DNA of 64,000 bases from the human T2T-CHM13v2.0 reference genome, Homo sapiens: NCBI RefSeq assembly GCF_009914755.1, contig NC_060931.1, one strand, 5' to 3'. Every line of letters begins with the position of its first letter. Within the stretch, counting starts at the first letter, position 1. Positions 12,271 through 28,330 of this stretch are shown here, piece after piece. Under the pieces are notes generated by a model. It was not told the origin of the DNA. It was given only the letters and a program-made list of their open reading frames with translations, and ran no database searches. The position numbers and the translations under genes are program-made.

Positions 12271-12754
12271 TCTCAATTTCTGGGCTCTTTATTCTGTTTT
12301 ATTCATCTCTGTCTGTCTACATGTGAATCCATGCACACTGTTTTAATTGTTATAGCTTTATAATATATTTTTCTAATAGCAAAAATCCTCCCTCATTGTA
12401 TTCTTTGTTTCTTAAAAATAACTGTCCTTTTATTTCTAATTTTATGAGATTACTTAGAAATAAATATTACCTTTTAACATCAATTTATCTAGTAATGAAA
12501 TAAATTTCTAATACTGAACCATCTTTGAATTTCTGGCATATTTACTTGGTCATGATATAGCTACAGTCAATTTAGTAATGCTTTTAGAATTTCTGCATCT
12601 ATATTGAGAAATGAGATTGGCAGTAGTCGTTTTTCCCTACTCAGATGGTATATTTTCTGAGAAAATTTTTAACCAAAATTTGCAAAGTTGAGCTTATTAT
12701 ATTTCTAATTTCTAAAATCCATAAGACCAAATAGTCCTAATGAGAAAAGATAAT

Positions 12755-14575
12755 CCTATACACCAACAATAGACAAGCAGAGAGCCAAATCATGAATGAA
12801 CTCCGATTCACAATTGCTACAAAGAGAATAAAACACCTAGGAACACAGCTAACAAGGGATGTGAAGGAATTCTTCAAGGAGAACTGCAAACCACTGCTCA
12901 ACAAATAAGAGAGGACACGAACACATGGAAAAACATTCTATCCTCATGGATAGGAAGAATAAATATCGTGAAAATGGCCATACTATCCAAAGTAATTTAT
13001 AGATTCAATGCTATTCTCATCAAACTACCATTGCCATTCTTCACAGAATTAGATAAAACTACTTAAATTTCATATGGAATCAAAGAAGACCCCATAGACA
13101 ATCCTAAGCAAACAGAACAAAGCAGGAGGCATCATGCTACCTGACTTCAAACTATACTACAAGGCTATAGTAACCAAAACAATATGGTACTGCTACAAAA
13201 ACAGACATATATACCAACGGAACAGAACAGAGGCCTCAGAAATAACACCACACATCTACAACCATCTGATCTTTGACAAACCTGACAAAAACAAGCAATG
13301 GGGAAAGGATCTCCTATCCAATAAGTGGTGCTAGGAAAACTGCCCAGCCATATGCAGAAAACTGAAACTGGACCCCTTCCTTACACCTTTGGAATTAACT
13401 CAAGATGGACTAAAGACTTAAATGTAAAGCCCAAAGCCATAAAAGCCCTAGAAGAAAACCTAGGCAATACCATTCAGGACACAGGCATGAGCAAAGATTT
13501 CATGAGGAAAATGCCAAAAGCAATTGCAACAAAAGCTAAAATTGACAGATGGGATCTAATTGAACTAAAGAGCTCCTGCACAGCAAAAGAAACTGTCATC
13601 AGAGTGAACAACCTACAGAATGGGCGAAAATTTTTGCAATCTACCCACCTGACAAAGGTCTAATATCTAGAATCTACAAGGAAGTTAAACAAATTTACAA
13701 GAATAAAATAAACAACCCCATCAAAAAGTGGGCAAAGAATATGAACAGACACTTCTCAAAAAAAAGACATTTATGCAGCCAACAAACATGAAACAAAGCT
13801 CAACATCACTGATCATTAGAGAAAGGCACATCAAAACCACAATGAGATATCATCTCATGCCAGTCAGAATGCTAATTATTAAAAAGTCAAGAAACAATAG
13901 ATGCTGGCGAGGCTATGGAGAAATAGGAACACTTTTACACTATTGGTGGGAATGTAAATAAGTGCAACCATTGTGGAAGACAGCGTGGTGATTCCTCAAG
14001 GATCTAGAACCAGAAATACCATTTGACCCAGCAATCCCATTACTGGGTATATACCTAAAGGAATATAAATCATTCTATTATAAATAAACACGCCCACGTA
14101 TGTTTATTGCAGCACTATTTACAATAGCAAAGACATGGAATCAACCCAAATGCCCATCATCAGTGATGGACTGGATAAAGAAAATGTGGTACATATACAC
14201 CACAGAATACTATGCAGCCATAAAAAAAGAATGAGATTATGTTCTTCGCAGGGACATGGATGAAGCTGGAAGTCATCATCCTCAGCAAACTAATACTGGA
14301 ACAGAAAACCAAACACCGCATGTTCTCACTCATAAGTGGGAGTTGAACAATAAGAGCATGTGGACACAGGGAGGGGAACAACACACATCAGGGCCTGTTG
14401 AGGGGAGGGGAGTGAGGGAGGGAGAGCATCAAGACAAATAGCTAATGCATGCGGGCCTTAAAACCTAGATGACTGATTAATAGGTTCAGCAAACCACCAT
14501 GGCACATGTATACCTATATAACAAACCTGCACATTCTTCACATGTATCCCGGAACTTAAAGTACAATAAAAAAAG
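12755..14575 (+). mobile_element. 5'-truncated L1PA (about L1PA8-10): ORF2 C-terminal part and 3' UTR
   Basis: ORF2 peptides ([20 protein letters not shown]), 3' UTR, poly-A; TSD-like agaaaagataa / agaaaatataa. Confidence 0.93.
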
Positions 14576-15066
14576 AAAATATAAGCCAAAATGCCAACAA
14601 CTTTAGACAATCTGCCAAATAGTTGGTCGACAATAGTGTAACAGTTTAATCATTATGGGATACAATTATAAATGTAGGAGACTTCATTCCCCAATTCCTT
14701 TGCCCTTTTAGCTTCTCTTCTTTGTCCCCAGCTCTCTGAGGAAAGAAAGAATGAAAACTATACAGACAGATTCTGAAGAGAACTGTCATCAGAGGCAAGA
14801 ATTCTACCCCCAGTGAGACTTTGCCCAGGGGAAAGATGTGACTTGTCAGCAATCCATCACACAAAGTTGTGCATGACTAAGAGACCAAGATGGCAGGGAA
14901 AAAATGGCATGGGTGAAAGAGGTCTACTCAAGTATGAGAAAAATCTCAGGAAATTGGGATACTACAAAGAGAAACAATGAGAGACTTTAAAAAGAATTTT
15001 CTTAGACCAAGCCCTTAAGATTCCTAAAACATTAGAAAGGCATAAGCACAATTAAGGTATTGTCCT

Positions 15067-15405
15067 TAAATATGACACTTCCGTGGGATGGAACTACAGG
15101 GTGCTTTGAAACTTCATGTGATGATTTTATAGCATCTTAGTCAATGCATTTCCCCTTTTATTTCTGCACCTACAACTGTAATGTCATGCTTATATGCTAT
15201 TCAATTTGTAGAAGACTTGATGCACTTATCTTCCTTCTAGCACAGAGCTATACTTACTTCATTGCCAAAGGATGCTTCTAACTGTACTCAGAAAACCCCA
15301 TAAGATAATACACCTGCTATTCTCGGGGGAATAGGAGAAGAGTGTCCTTATTGCCTCTGATCAAAGCTGACACATCATAATAACCAAGAAGCAGGCAGGG
15401 GTTTG
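15067..15405 (+). repeat. Donor copy of the inverted duplication
   Basis: Reverse complement aligns to 11809-12145; no interspersed repeat recognised here. Confidence 0.9.
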
Positions 15406-16224
15406 TCAGATTTATTCCAAGTAAACACCTTAATGACCTCCCCAAATGGCAGGGGGCCTGCTCATAATAGGTGCATACATATGTAAAACAGCAAAAGAGA
15501 AGGTGCCAGAATTTTTCTGCCACCTGTATTTTCCTCTCCTGATTCACCACCTGGGGAGAGAGGAATGATGAGCTGTTGGAAACCACAGAAGGTGCAGTAA
15601 CCTTGAAAATCTGGAAGCTGAGGAAGCAGTGAGCTAGAGAGTGAGAAGCCAGAATACAGGAGGTTGACCTGAAAGCCTTGTCAGTCCACATTCCCTATTA
15701 GATAATTTTTGTCCCCTTTTGCTATTGCTTAGAACTACAAATTTATGGAATTATAAAGCTTATGTCCCTTATAATCACATGGTCATTTCTTCCCAGAGCT
15801 TTAGTCACATCTCTGGACAAGTTCATCTACAGCACCCTATAGACCATTTCATGGCAATAAGCATCCAGAGTGTTAACACTCCTCATCTCACTATGACTTC
15901 CTGAACCATATGGGGAAAGCACTTTTATACACAAGTTATTGCTCAACTACACAAGTGAAAAATCTCTACCTCTTGGCTCCTCAGAGTAAATAGATGCAAA
16001 AGGCAGAAATCAAAACTTTCATTTGGTAGGCATCTAGAAGCCCATCAGTAGGAAAATATCCTTGAAATTTCTACCTATTTTGATATGGTCAACTTCTCTT
16101 TCTATCCAAACCTCTGTAGAGGTTTTGTTTTAAAGGTCAAAAGGAAAATATGAAGAATCTCAAGCAGTTTGTCTAGATAGGCTTTCAAAACTATTTGACA
16201 AAAAACTATGGCCACGCTCCACTA

Positions 16225-16460
16225 ATAATAATAACAACTATAAGAAAACTATGTCATATGTAACCAGAACTGTATAGTTCATACGATGATTTCACATATG
16301 AGATTCCTTCTGGGCCTCAGGGCCTATGAATGCAGATGTGTTAGGCTCTTCTATAGGTAATAAAACTGAGCCCCCTAGCAGTTTATAGACCTGCTCAAAA
16401 TTATTATCAGAGCCATAACTGGAACCTAAGCCTTCTGACTACAGTATAGAACCCTTTCTC
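16225..16460 (-). mobile_element. MIR SINE (degenerate)
   Basis: aaaactgagcc...ggaacctaagccttctgact antisense MIR pattern. Confidence 0.5.
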
Positions 16461-16789
16461 CTCTTTATGTTTTCAAGTCTTTTACCCTCATTTTAACAGT
16501 TGGTCAGTTTACCACAAATGTGGACACACACATACACATATACACATGTGCATACCAGGATCTACATTAATGTCCCCTCTTTCATTCCTAATGCTTGTAA
16601 TTTGTCCTTTCACTTATTTTCTTGATCACTCTGGCTAGAGGTGTGTTTCTTATGGCAGGTTGCAGTCAAGAGTGTTCAAAATCTACTGCTCACTTTTCTT
16701 TCCTGAATGACTAAAGAAATTCTGGAATAGAGTGAGTTATTGATAAATTAAATTGGTCTCGTACTTTTAATTTAAAGGTTGGGGGAAGG

Positions 16790-17810
16790 GGTGTTGTTGT
16801 GAACTCATCAGCCAAAAGAATTCAGGCTTCTTCCCATCCACTCTCAAGAGGGAGCCAGCTGGGATCTGCATCCTTGAGGGCTGGTTTCTGTTACCCTAAA
16901 GGAAGCTTTAACAGGACAATGTTTTAGGAGAGATTGAGCAAGAGGAGGACAAGCTGGACACTGATGCAACAAGAGGAAGACAGACTTGTCTTTTCCCTAA
17001 GGGTTGGATTCCCAGAGCCTGGGAAGTCATGCGAGTGCTTTGGGGAAAAAGGGCTAAGGAGAGAGTGGAGGGTTACATGGCATCGCCATGGTTAAATATG
17101 CAGTCAGTGGGGAAGGATCCTGTGAGCATCACCACAGACAAGTATAGAAGCAGAACCTGACAGCATAAAGGACCAGGTCCCAAAAGGAACATCTGTGAGC
17201 AGATAGAGAAATATTCACAATGTGATCACCGTGGACTTAAGGCCAGGCTCTTTCTTTACTGTTCAAGAATATATAAGTGCTAAGGTCCTTGCATGATTCA
17301 GTAGAGAGGAAAAAGCCCCAATAAAAATGAATATTAGAATTCTTCCCCTAACCGTAGCTAGTGAGGCTTAGAGCCGAGTTTGATTTTATTTTCAAAAATA
17401 AAAATAAAACGTGACCTTCCTTTACCTTATCTTATAGTCTTGTTCCTGCTGCTACAATAGAATTACCAAAGACTTCATAATTTATGGTGAACAGAAATTT
17501 ATTTGGTTCACTGTTCTAGTGGTTGGGAAGCCACAGAGCATGGTGCTGGCATCTGGTGGAAAGGCAAACAAGCACACAAGACAGAGAGGGAATGGGGACT
17601 GAATTTCATCTTTTTATCAGGAGCCCACTCTGTGAAAACCAGCCTACTCCCAAGAGAACATTAATCCATTCATGAGGGCAGAGTCTTCATGACTTAATCA
17701 CCTCTCAAAGGTCCTACTTCTTAATACCATCATGATGGCAATTAAATTTCAACCTGAGTTTCAGATGGGACTTTCAAACCACAGCATACCTCTAAGTTGT
17801 AAAGCATTTT
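16790..17810 (+). mobile_element. Possible ancient Gypsy-type LTR (MamGypLTR-like), interrupted by an MST
   Basis: 3' part (aaaataaaacgtgaccttcc...ctaagttgt) resembles ancient Gypsy LTR ends; weak recognition. Confidence 0.3.
17428..17786 (-). mobile_element. Solo MST LTR (MSTC-like)
   Basis: Antisense MST ending ttcaaaccacagca; 5-bp TSD tacct at 17423-17427 and 17787-17791. Confidence 0.88.
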
Positions 17811-19695
17811 GCAGTTTCTCTAGATCATTTGTGATACTGTGGTAATATGGCCAACTTGTGCTCCTACCCAAAACTTCTAGAAGAATTCCTCCAGGATGGG
17901 GGGTAGAGGCAGTATCAAGCCAGATAATGTGTGGGAGGGTGCCCAAGGCATGGGGACAGGGAAGCTGGGAAGCTCAAAGGAACCAGCCTCAATGGCAAGC
18001 TGGAAGCTAGTTTTTATTTTCCCTTCTCTCTCTCTCTCCCACTGAATCCCTGCCGTTCACATCAATCATGGATATCCTTGGACATCCTCTATTTATGCTC
18101 AAATTCCAAGTCTACCAAAAAACTCAAGGGGATTCTGAGAAAACTGGAAGGAAGGGAGACTGCAAACACTCTAACTACTAAGCCAAAACTGCCAGCTGAA
18201 AACCTACAAAATGACATTGAAAAGCCCCAGGTTACGCCAAGGTCTTAACTACAACTCCAGGCTTGCCTCACTTCAGGCTCCTGTTGGTAGCTGCCAAAGG
18301 GGTCTCAGGAAAGCAACAGCTTCATGGGAAATGTCCTAGTTTCCATAATAGCCTGAAACTAAATTACAGCAAGGCTGGTAAACTTTCCAAACACTGAAAG
18401 TTTCAGGTGGTTGGCAACTCAAAACATAATGAGAGATGACCGACTAGAAGCAGCTGCAACCAGAGGCTCCCATCAAAAAGAACCATAATAGCGTGTAAAT
18501 CCTGCACCAGCAAGCAAGGTATCCAGATTCTCTCAACAGAAGTGACTAGGCTGCTGGCATGATCCACAGAGAGGAAGGAAGAGCAGTGTGGTGCAGCAGC
18601 CCACCTGAGAGCCACACGGGGCAAGGAAGCCCCCACCCCCTAGCCAAGGCCGGCGGTGAGTGAGCCTGCTACCCAGCCATGCAACCCATGGATCAGAAGA
18701 TCCCACTCAGGGACCCATGCCTCCAGGGCATAGGGTCCCAACCTTGAAGTCCTGCGGATTCTCAACAGCCTCTCAGCTAGAATCTGCTTAAGCCAGCCAA
18801 GTTTCCCGGGGGAAGGGCAATCAGCACCACAGCTGTGGCTGCCTGCTGTCAAAGCCATTTGAGCTCCTTGGGAGAGGGGCCACAGCCAGCACTGGGACTC
18901 ATAACTGCCTAACATGCTAAGTTCCCTGGGTCGGGGAAGGGCAGCATCCCTCTCTATAGCTCCAGGTCACGCTTTTCCCCTGCTAGAGCCAGGGAGGCTG
19001 GACAGCTTCATCCCTAGAGGTGCCCCCCACAGCCCCACACACCAGCTGTGTTAGACGGCGGCCAGAGCGCCTCTTCAGGCCTGACCCTGACTCATCCTTC
19101 CTCACGGGGCAGGGCCTCCCTGAAGGAACTCCAGCAACTCCAGCCAGAGGCTCAGGGACAGAACCCTGATCTCCCTGGGCCTGAGCCCCTAGGGGGAAGG
19201 GTGGCCGCAGTCTCTGCAGACCGTCATACTTAGCCTTTCCTCTTGGTAGTTCTGAGGAATCTGGGCAGCCCAGACAAGTGGGTTTCCCCCCAGGCAAAGC
19301 ATACCCTCTCCACCAGGGAACAGTCAAAGTGCTTCATTAAGCAGGTCCTGTTCCCCATGCCACCCAACTGGTATAGCGGTTGTCAGACACCCTATACGAG
19401 CATTCCTACTGGCATCAGGTTGGTACCCCACGAGGTCAGAGATCCCAGAAGAAGGAGCAGGCACCAGTCTTTGTTGTTCTCCATCCTCCTTGAGTGATAT
19501 CTCCAGGCACAGGGGTGAACCAGATGAATAGGGCCTGAAATGAATCCCCAGTAAAGACAGCAGCCCTCCAGAAGCGCAACCTGACCATTGAAAGAAAAAC
19601 AAACAAACAGAAAGCAACAACAACAAAAGTCCCCCCAAAAAACCCCATCCAAGGTTCAGCAGCCTCAAGGATTGAAACTAAACAAACTCATGAAG

Positions 19696-20713
19696 ATGAG
19701 AAAGAATCAATGAAAAAAATGCTGAAAACCCAAAAGGCCAGGTGCCTCTTCTCTCCTCCAAATGATCGCAGTGCCTCTCCAGCAAGGGTTCAGAGCTGAA
19801 CTGGGGATGAGATGGACGAATTGACAGAGGTAGGCTTCAGAAGATGGGTAATAAAAAACTCCACTGAGCTAAAGGAGCGTGTTCTAATCCAATGCAAAGA
19901 AGCTAAGAATCTTGATAAAAGATTAGAGAAGCTGCTAACTAGAATAACCAGTTTAGAGAAGAACATAAGTGACTTGATGGGGCTGAAAAACACAACACAA
20001 GAACTTCAAGAAGCATACACAAGTATCAATAGCTGAATCAATCAAGCAAAAGAAAGGATATCAGAGTTTGAAGACCACCTTGCTGAAATAAGGCATGCAG
20101 ACAAGGATACAGAAAAAAGAATGAAAAGGAATGAACAAAGCCTCCAAGAAATATGGGACTATGTAAAAAGACCAAACTTACAATTGATTGGAATACCTGA
20201 AGGAGACAGGGAGAATGGAAACAAGTTGGAAAACACACTTTAGGATATTATCCAGGAGTACTTCCCTAACCTAGCAAAACAGACCAACATGCAAATTCAG
20301 GAAATACAGAGACACCACCAAGATACTCCATGAGAAGATCAACCCCAAGACACATAATCGTCAGATTCTCCAAGGTTGAAATGAAGGAAAAAATGTTAAG
20401 GGCAGCCAGAGAGAAAGGCCAGGTCATCTACATAGGGAAGCCTAACAGACTAACAACAGACCTTTCAGCAGAAACCCTACAAGCAAGCCAGAAAAAATTG
20501 GGGGCCAATTTTCAACATTCTTAAAAGAAGAAATTTCAACCCAGAGTTTCATGTCCAGCCAAACTAAGCTTCATAAGTGAAGTGATTCCAGACAAGCAAA
20601 GGCTGAGGGATTTCGTCACCACCAGGCCTGCCTTTCAAGAACTCCTGAAGGAAGCACTAGATATGGCAAGGAAAAACCAGTACCAGACACTGCAAAAACA
20701 CACCAAAATATAA
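19696..20713 (+). pseudogene. L1 ORF1 remnant (stops and frameshifts)
   Basis: Fragments ELTEVGFRRWVIKNSTELKE and RRSTPRHIIVRFSKVEMKEKMLRAAREKGQV. Confidence 0.9.
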
Positions 20714-20773
20714 AGACCAATGACACTATGAAGAAACTGCATCAACTAGTGTGCAAAATAACCAGATATCATC

Positions 20774-24596
<3,823 letters not shown>

Positions 24597-25134
24597 ACAA
24601 CGAGAACACATGGATAGAGGGAAGGGAACAACACACATCAGGGCCTGTTGGGGGTTGGGGGGCGAGGGGAGGGAACTTAGAGGATGGGTCAACAGATGCA
24701 GCAAACCACCATGTCACACGTATATCTATGTAACAAACCTGCACATTCTGCATATGTATCCTAGAACTTAAAGTAAAATTTAAAAAAAAGAAAAAACATA
24801 ATGGGATAAAATAATTAAGAAGCAAGCTGTTCTCCAGCAGTTTCTGGAGTGCCCCTGCTGGTCACATGCCTCAAGACACTGGACCTACACATTATAGGTA
24901 AACTTAATAGATGCAGAATTGGAACTATTGGGGCAGACACCTGTCCCAATATGATTGAGAAATTTGACCATGAAGAAGTTTACTTTTGATAACTTGAGGA
25001 ATGAAACAGGAATCATGGTTAATCATTATTGTTTTTGTTTTCCTAGAACCTTTCTGGTCACTGGAAACCATTATTCCTGCATAAAAGAAAGTTCTGAAAG
25101 AACCAGTGAATCACAGAAACCCAATCCACTATTC

Positions 25135-25183
<49 letters not shown>
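25135..25183 (+). repeat. (TAGA)12 tetranucleotide STR
   Basis: Uninterrupted run seen directly. Confidence 0.95.
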
Positions 25184-25194
25184 TCATTTAAATA

Positions 25195-25350
25195 TCAATG
25201 CAACTCTATGAAATATGCACTGTGATTATCTCCTTTATATAAATGGGAAACTGAGACCAAGAAAAATAAGGTAACTTACTCAAGGAAGAGTGGCAGAGCC
25301 AGGTTCTGAACTCAGGCCGTCTGGCTCCAGACTCCAGGCATTTAAACATT
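25195..25350 (-). mobile_element. MIR SINE
   Basis: gggaaactgagacc...taacttactcaagg...gaactcaggccgtctggctccaga. Confidence 0.75.
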
Positions 25351-25809
25351 AAATGACACTATAGCTGTCACTCATAAGTATATAAAGAGCACAATGAAAG
25401 GTAACCTGCTAATTTTGTTCACTGACAAACAGGGAGTCTGGCTAGATAACTAAGGAAAAAGTAAATAACACAGGATCTATGAAAAACTGATGTATTACAG
25501 AGTTTGGAAAGCTCAATTTGCATAACTCAGAAAAGGAGTATATCTGTGACAATAATCTAAAGATGGAAGCAGAAAACAATTTTAGATAACTATTTGTCAT
25601 CCCCAATATCATAGTACAAAAAGGTATAGTCTCTATGAAATAGAAGAGTGAAATAATAGGGATAAACTAAACTAAAATTTTACTACACAAAAAAAGAGAG
25701 GTACTGGACTAGATAAGGAAGACTTACAAGAAAATAAAAAGTACAATGGCTGAATTAAAATCAAATTAGAAGTAAAGTGTAGAATGAACCTTGAAGATAA
25801 TTGAGGCAA

Positions 25810-26292
25810 TGTGACAGTTAATTTTGTGTGTCAATGTGACTGGGCCACAAGATGCCCAAACATTTGGCCAAGCATTACTCTGAGTATACGTGTGAGAGTG
25901 TTTCTGGATAAGATTAACATTTGAATTGGTAGACTGAAAAAAGCAGGTTGCCCTCCCCAGTGTGAAAGGGCCTCATCCAATCAGTTGAGGGCCTGCACAG
26001 AACAAAAAAGGCTGTCAATCCTGCCTGACTGGCTTGAGTTGGGACATTAATTCTTTTCTACCTTTGCACTCAACTGAAACATCAGCTCTTTCTGGGTCTT
26101 TAGCCTGCCAGCCTTCAGAAGAGAATAATACCATCTGCTCTCTCTGGTCACCAGACTCCCAACTGCAGATCTTGGGACTTGTCAGCCTCCATAGTTCCAT
26201 GAGCTAATAATTTTTATAATAAATCTCTTTCTATATTTGCATAAATATACGTCCTATTGGTTCTGTACCTCTGGAGAACCCTGACTAATACA
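25810..26292 (+). mobile_element. Solo MLT2 (MLT2B-like, ERVL) LTR
   Basis: tgtgacagttaattttgtgtgtcaa...ctggagaaccctgactaataca; 5-bp TSD ggcaa on both sides. Confidence 0.92.
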
Positions 26293-26499
26293 GGCAATAA
26301 TGTAGAAGACCAATTTAAATGTTCTTTAGAATACAGAGAAAATAACTGAAAGAGTACTTTACTATAATAGGAACTCCTGAAGAAAAGACAGAACCAATGA
26401 AACAAGAGTTACAACCAAAGACATAATAGAAAAAAACTTTCCTGGGTTAATCTTCAAATGCTATGATTTTCTACCAGCAAAACTAAAAATAGAACCAAA

Positions 26500-28330
26500 T
26501 AAGAAGTCAGGAAAAGAAAGTAACAAATTATATTATTTTAAAAATTACTTTCTCATATATCAACAATAAGCAAGACAATATAATAGGGGGAGACAGTCTT
26601 CTAATAGCAACAATAAAATATAAAATGCCTAGAAATAAGCATAACAAAAATCATATCAAAAATTAATAAGGACTAGTATAAGAAGAACACATCAGTTCCT
26701 GGACTGTGACACTCAATATTGTAAAGATGTAAATTATCCCCTATTTAACCATAAAGTTAGTATAATTTCAACGGGACTTTTTAGAAGTATGTCAAAGATA
26801 CTCTAAGTTTTACCTTGAAGAATAAATGTATACATTCATTATGTTGTTTCTAGGAAAAAGAAAAGGACAGCAATGAAAAGAAACTTACCCAATCGGATAA
26901 TAATATGTACATTAAAAAGCTATAGTAAATACAATAATGTTATACTAATGTAGGACAAATCAGACACATACATGGATTAGAATTGAAGAAAGGAAGAACA
27001 GAAGTAAACTTTAGAATTTAATGTAAGAAAGTGTGGCATTTAACATTACTAGAGATAGAATCTTAAGAGTTGGTATTATATTAGTTACATAACAAGTCAG
27101 TAAAAAAAATTAATTTAGTGCCTATTGTATGTAAGACACCAAAATAAACACCAGTGTATTAAAGATATAAATGAAAAGCATAGAGCCAAATGAATGCTTT
27201 AACTATTTACTATAAATAGTTAAAGAAATATTTATATGTAGTGGAAAATATGTTCTAAACATGAAACATAAAGAATTGAGAAGTTTGATTTTCTCAGAAT
27301 TCCTATATGTCAACACACAACATAAAATTAAAAGTAAAAAAACATACAATGGGGAGATTGCAACATGTATAACATTTAAATAGGATAGTGTTATAATTCT
27401 TACACTTCAATAAGACAAATATATATTGTTAAGAAACACATATGAAAGAAGAAATTCAAATGGTCTATAAGACTATAAAAATGTTTGACTTCATTATTCA
27501 GTTATAAAATGTAAATAAAACCATAAACATTTCTCAACCATCAAGTTAGCATGGATTTTGTTTTAATGATCTCGGCCTAAATGAGGTGGAACATGGACTA
27601 TCTCATAAACTACTAGTAACAACGTAAACGGGTATCACAGCTTTGGGGGACAATTTATCAATGGCCTAACATCAATGTACTACTAGTGCAAGAAGAGGTC
27701 TTTGATAAGGTAATTATCCATCTAGGAATTTATTTTAAGGAAGTAATCATATGTGTTGCAGGGGGAAGCTTGCCATTAAACAATATGTATCACAATATTA
27801 CATATTATGGTGCACATGTACCCTAGAACTTAAAGTATAACAAATATATATAAAGAAAAATCTAAAAAAAACAGAAAATGAGAAACAACCTAAACAGCCA
27901 ACAATTGGGAATATGTTTATAAAACAATATAATTTGTGCAGTCATTATAAGTGATATTGACAATTAGTCATGTGAATTATTTTCTACAAAAATAGACCCT
28001 TTTTCCTCTTTCTGTCCCAACCTCTTATACCTTGAAAAAACAGAATTGACATAAAATATCACTGTCAAGACTGTGTTTAATCTGTTGGTTGTACTAGAGT
28101 AAAAAAAAGAAAAAATGGTAGAGACCACCATACTGAAGATGCACATTTACTGACAGAGGAAAACATGGCACTCATGCAAAGAGAAGATTATCAGGCAGAG
28201 TAATCCCACTTTTATTTGTTTTTGAGAAAACATACACAAATAGTAAAAAGATATAAAAAATATTGCAATGATTATATCTGGGTATTGGAATTACATTTTT
28301 TAAATTTTATTTTTGATTAACTTGTACTCA
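26500..28330 (+). mobile_element. Highly diverged L1ME ORF2/3' fragments
   Basis: actcaatattgtaaagatg, gacaccaaaataaac, aaacaacctaaac in L1 order; boundaries approximate. Confidence 0.6.
27810..27870 (+). mobile_element. Tiny young L1PA 3' terminus
   Basis: gtgcacatgtaccctagaacttaaagtataa followed by an A-rich tail. Confidence 0.75.

Larger units (their letters stand above)
11290..12700 (-). mobile_element. Ancient L1M fragment interrupted by AluJ, microsatellite and templated insert
   Basis: Antisense L1M ORF2-like sequence is collinear across the insertions (caacacattttattgagataa ... atttctgggctctttattctgttt ... cacactgttttaattgttatagcttta). Confidence 0.65.

Noticed and set aside
12146-15066. 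DNA transposon or inversion bounded by the 340-bp inverted repeats
   Set aside because: No transposase or TSD, and the host L1M stays collinear across the left copy
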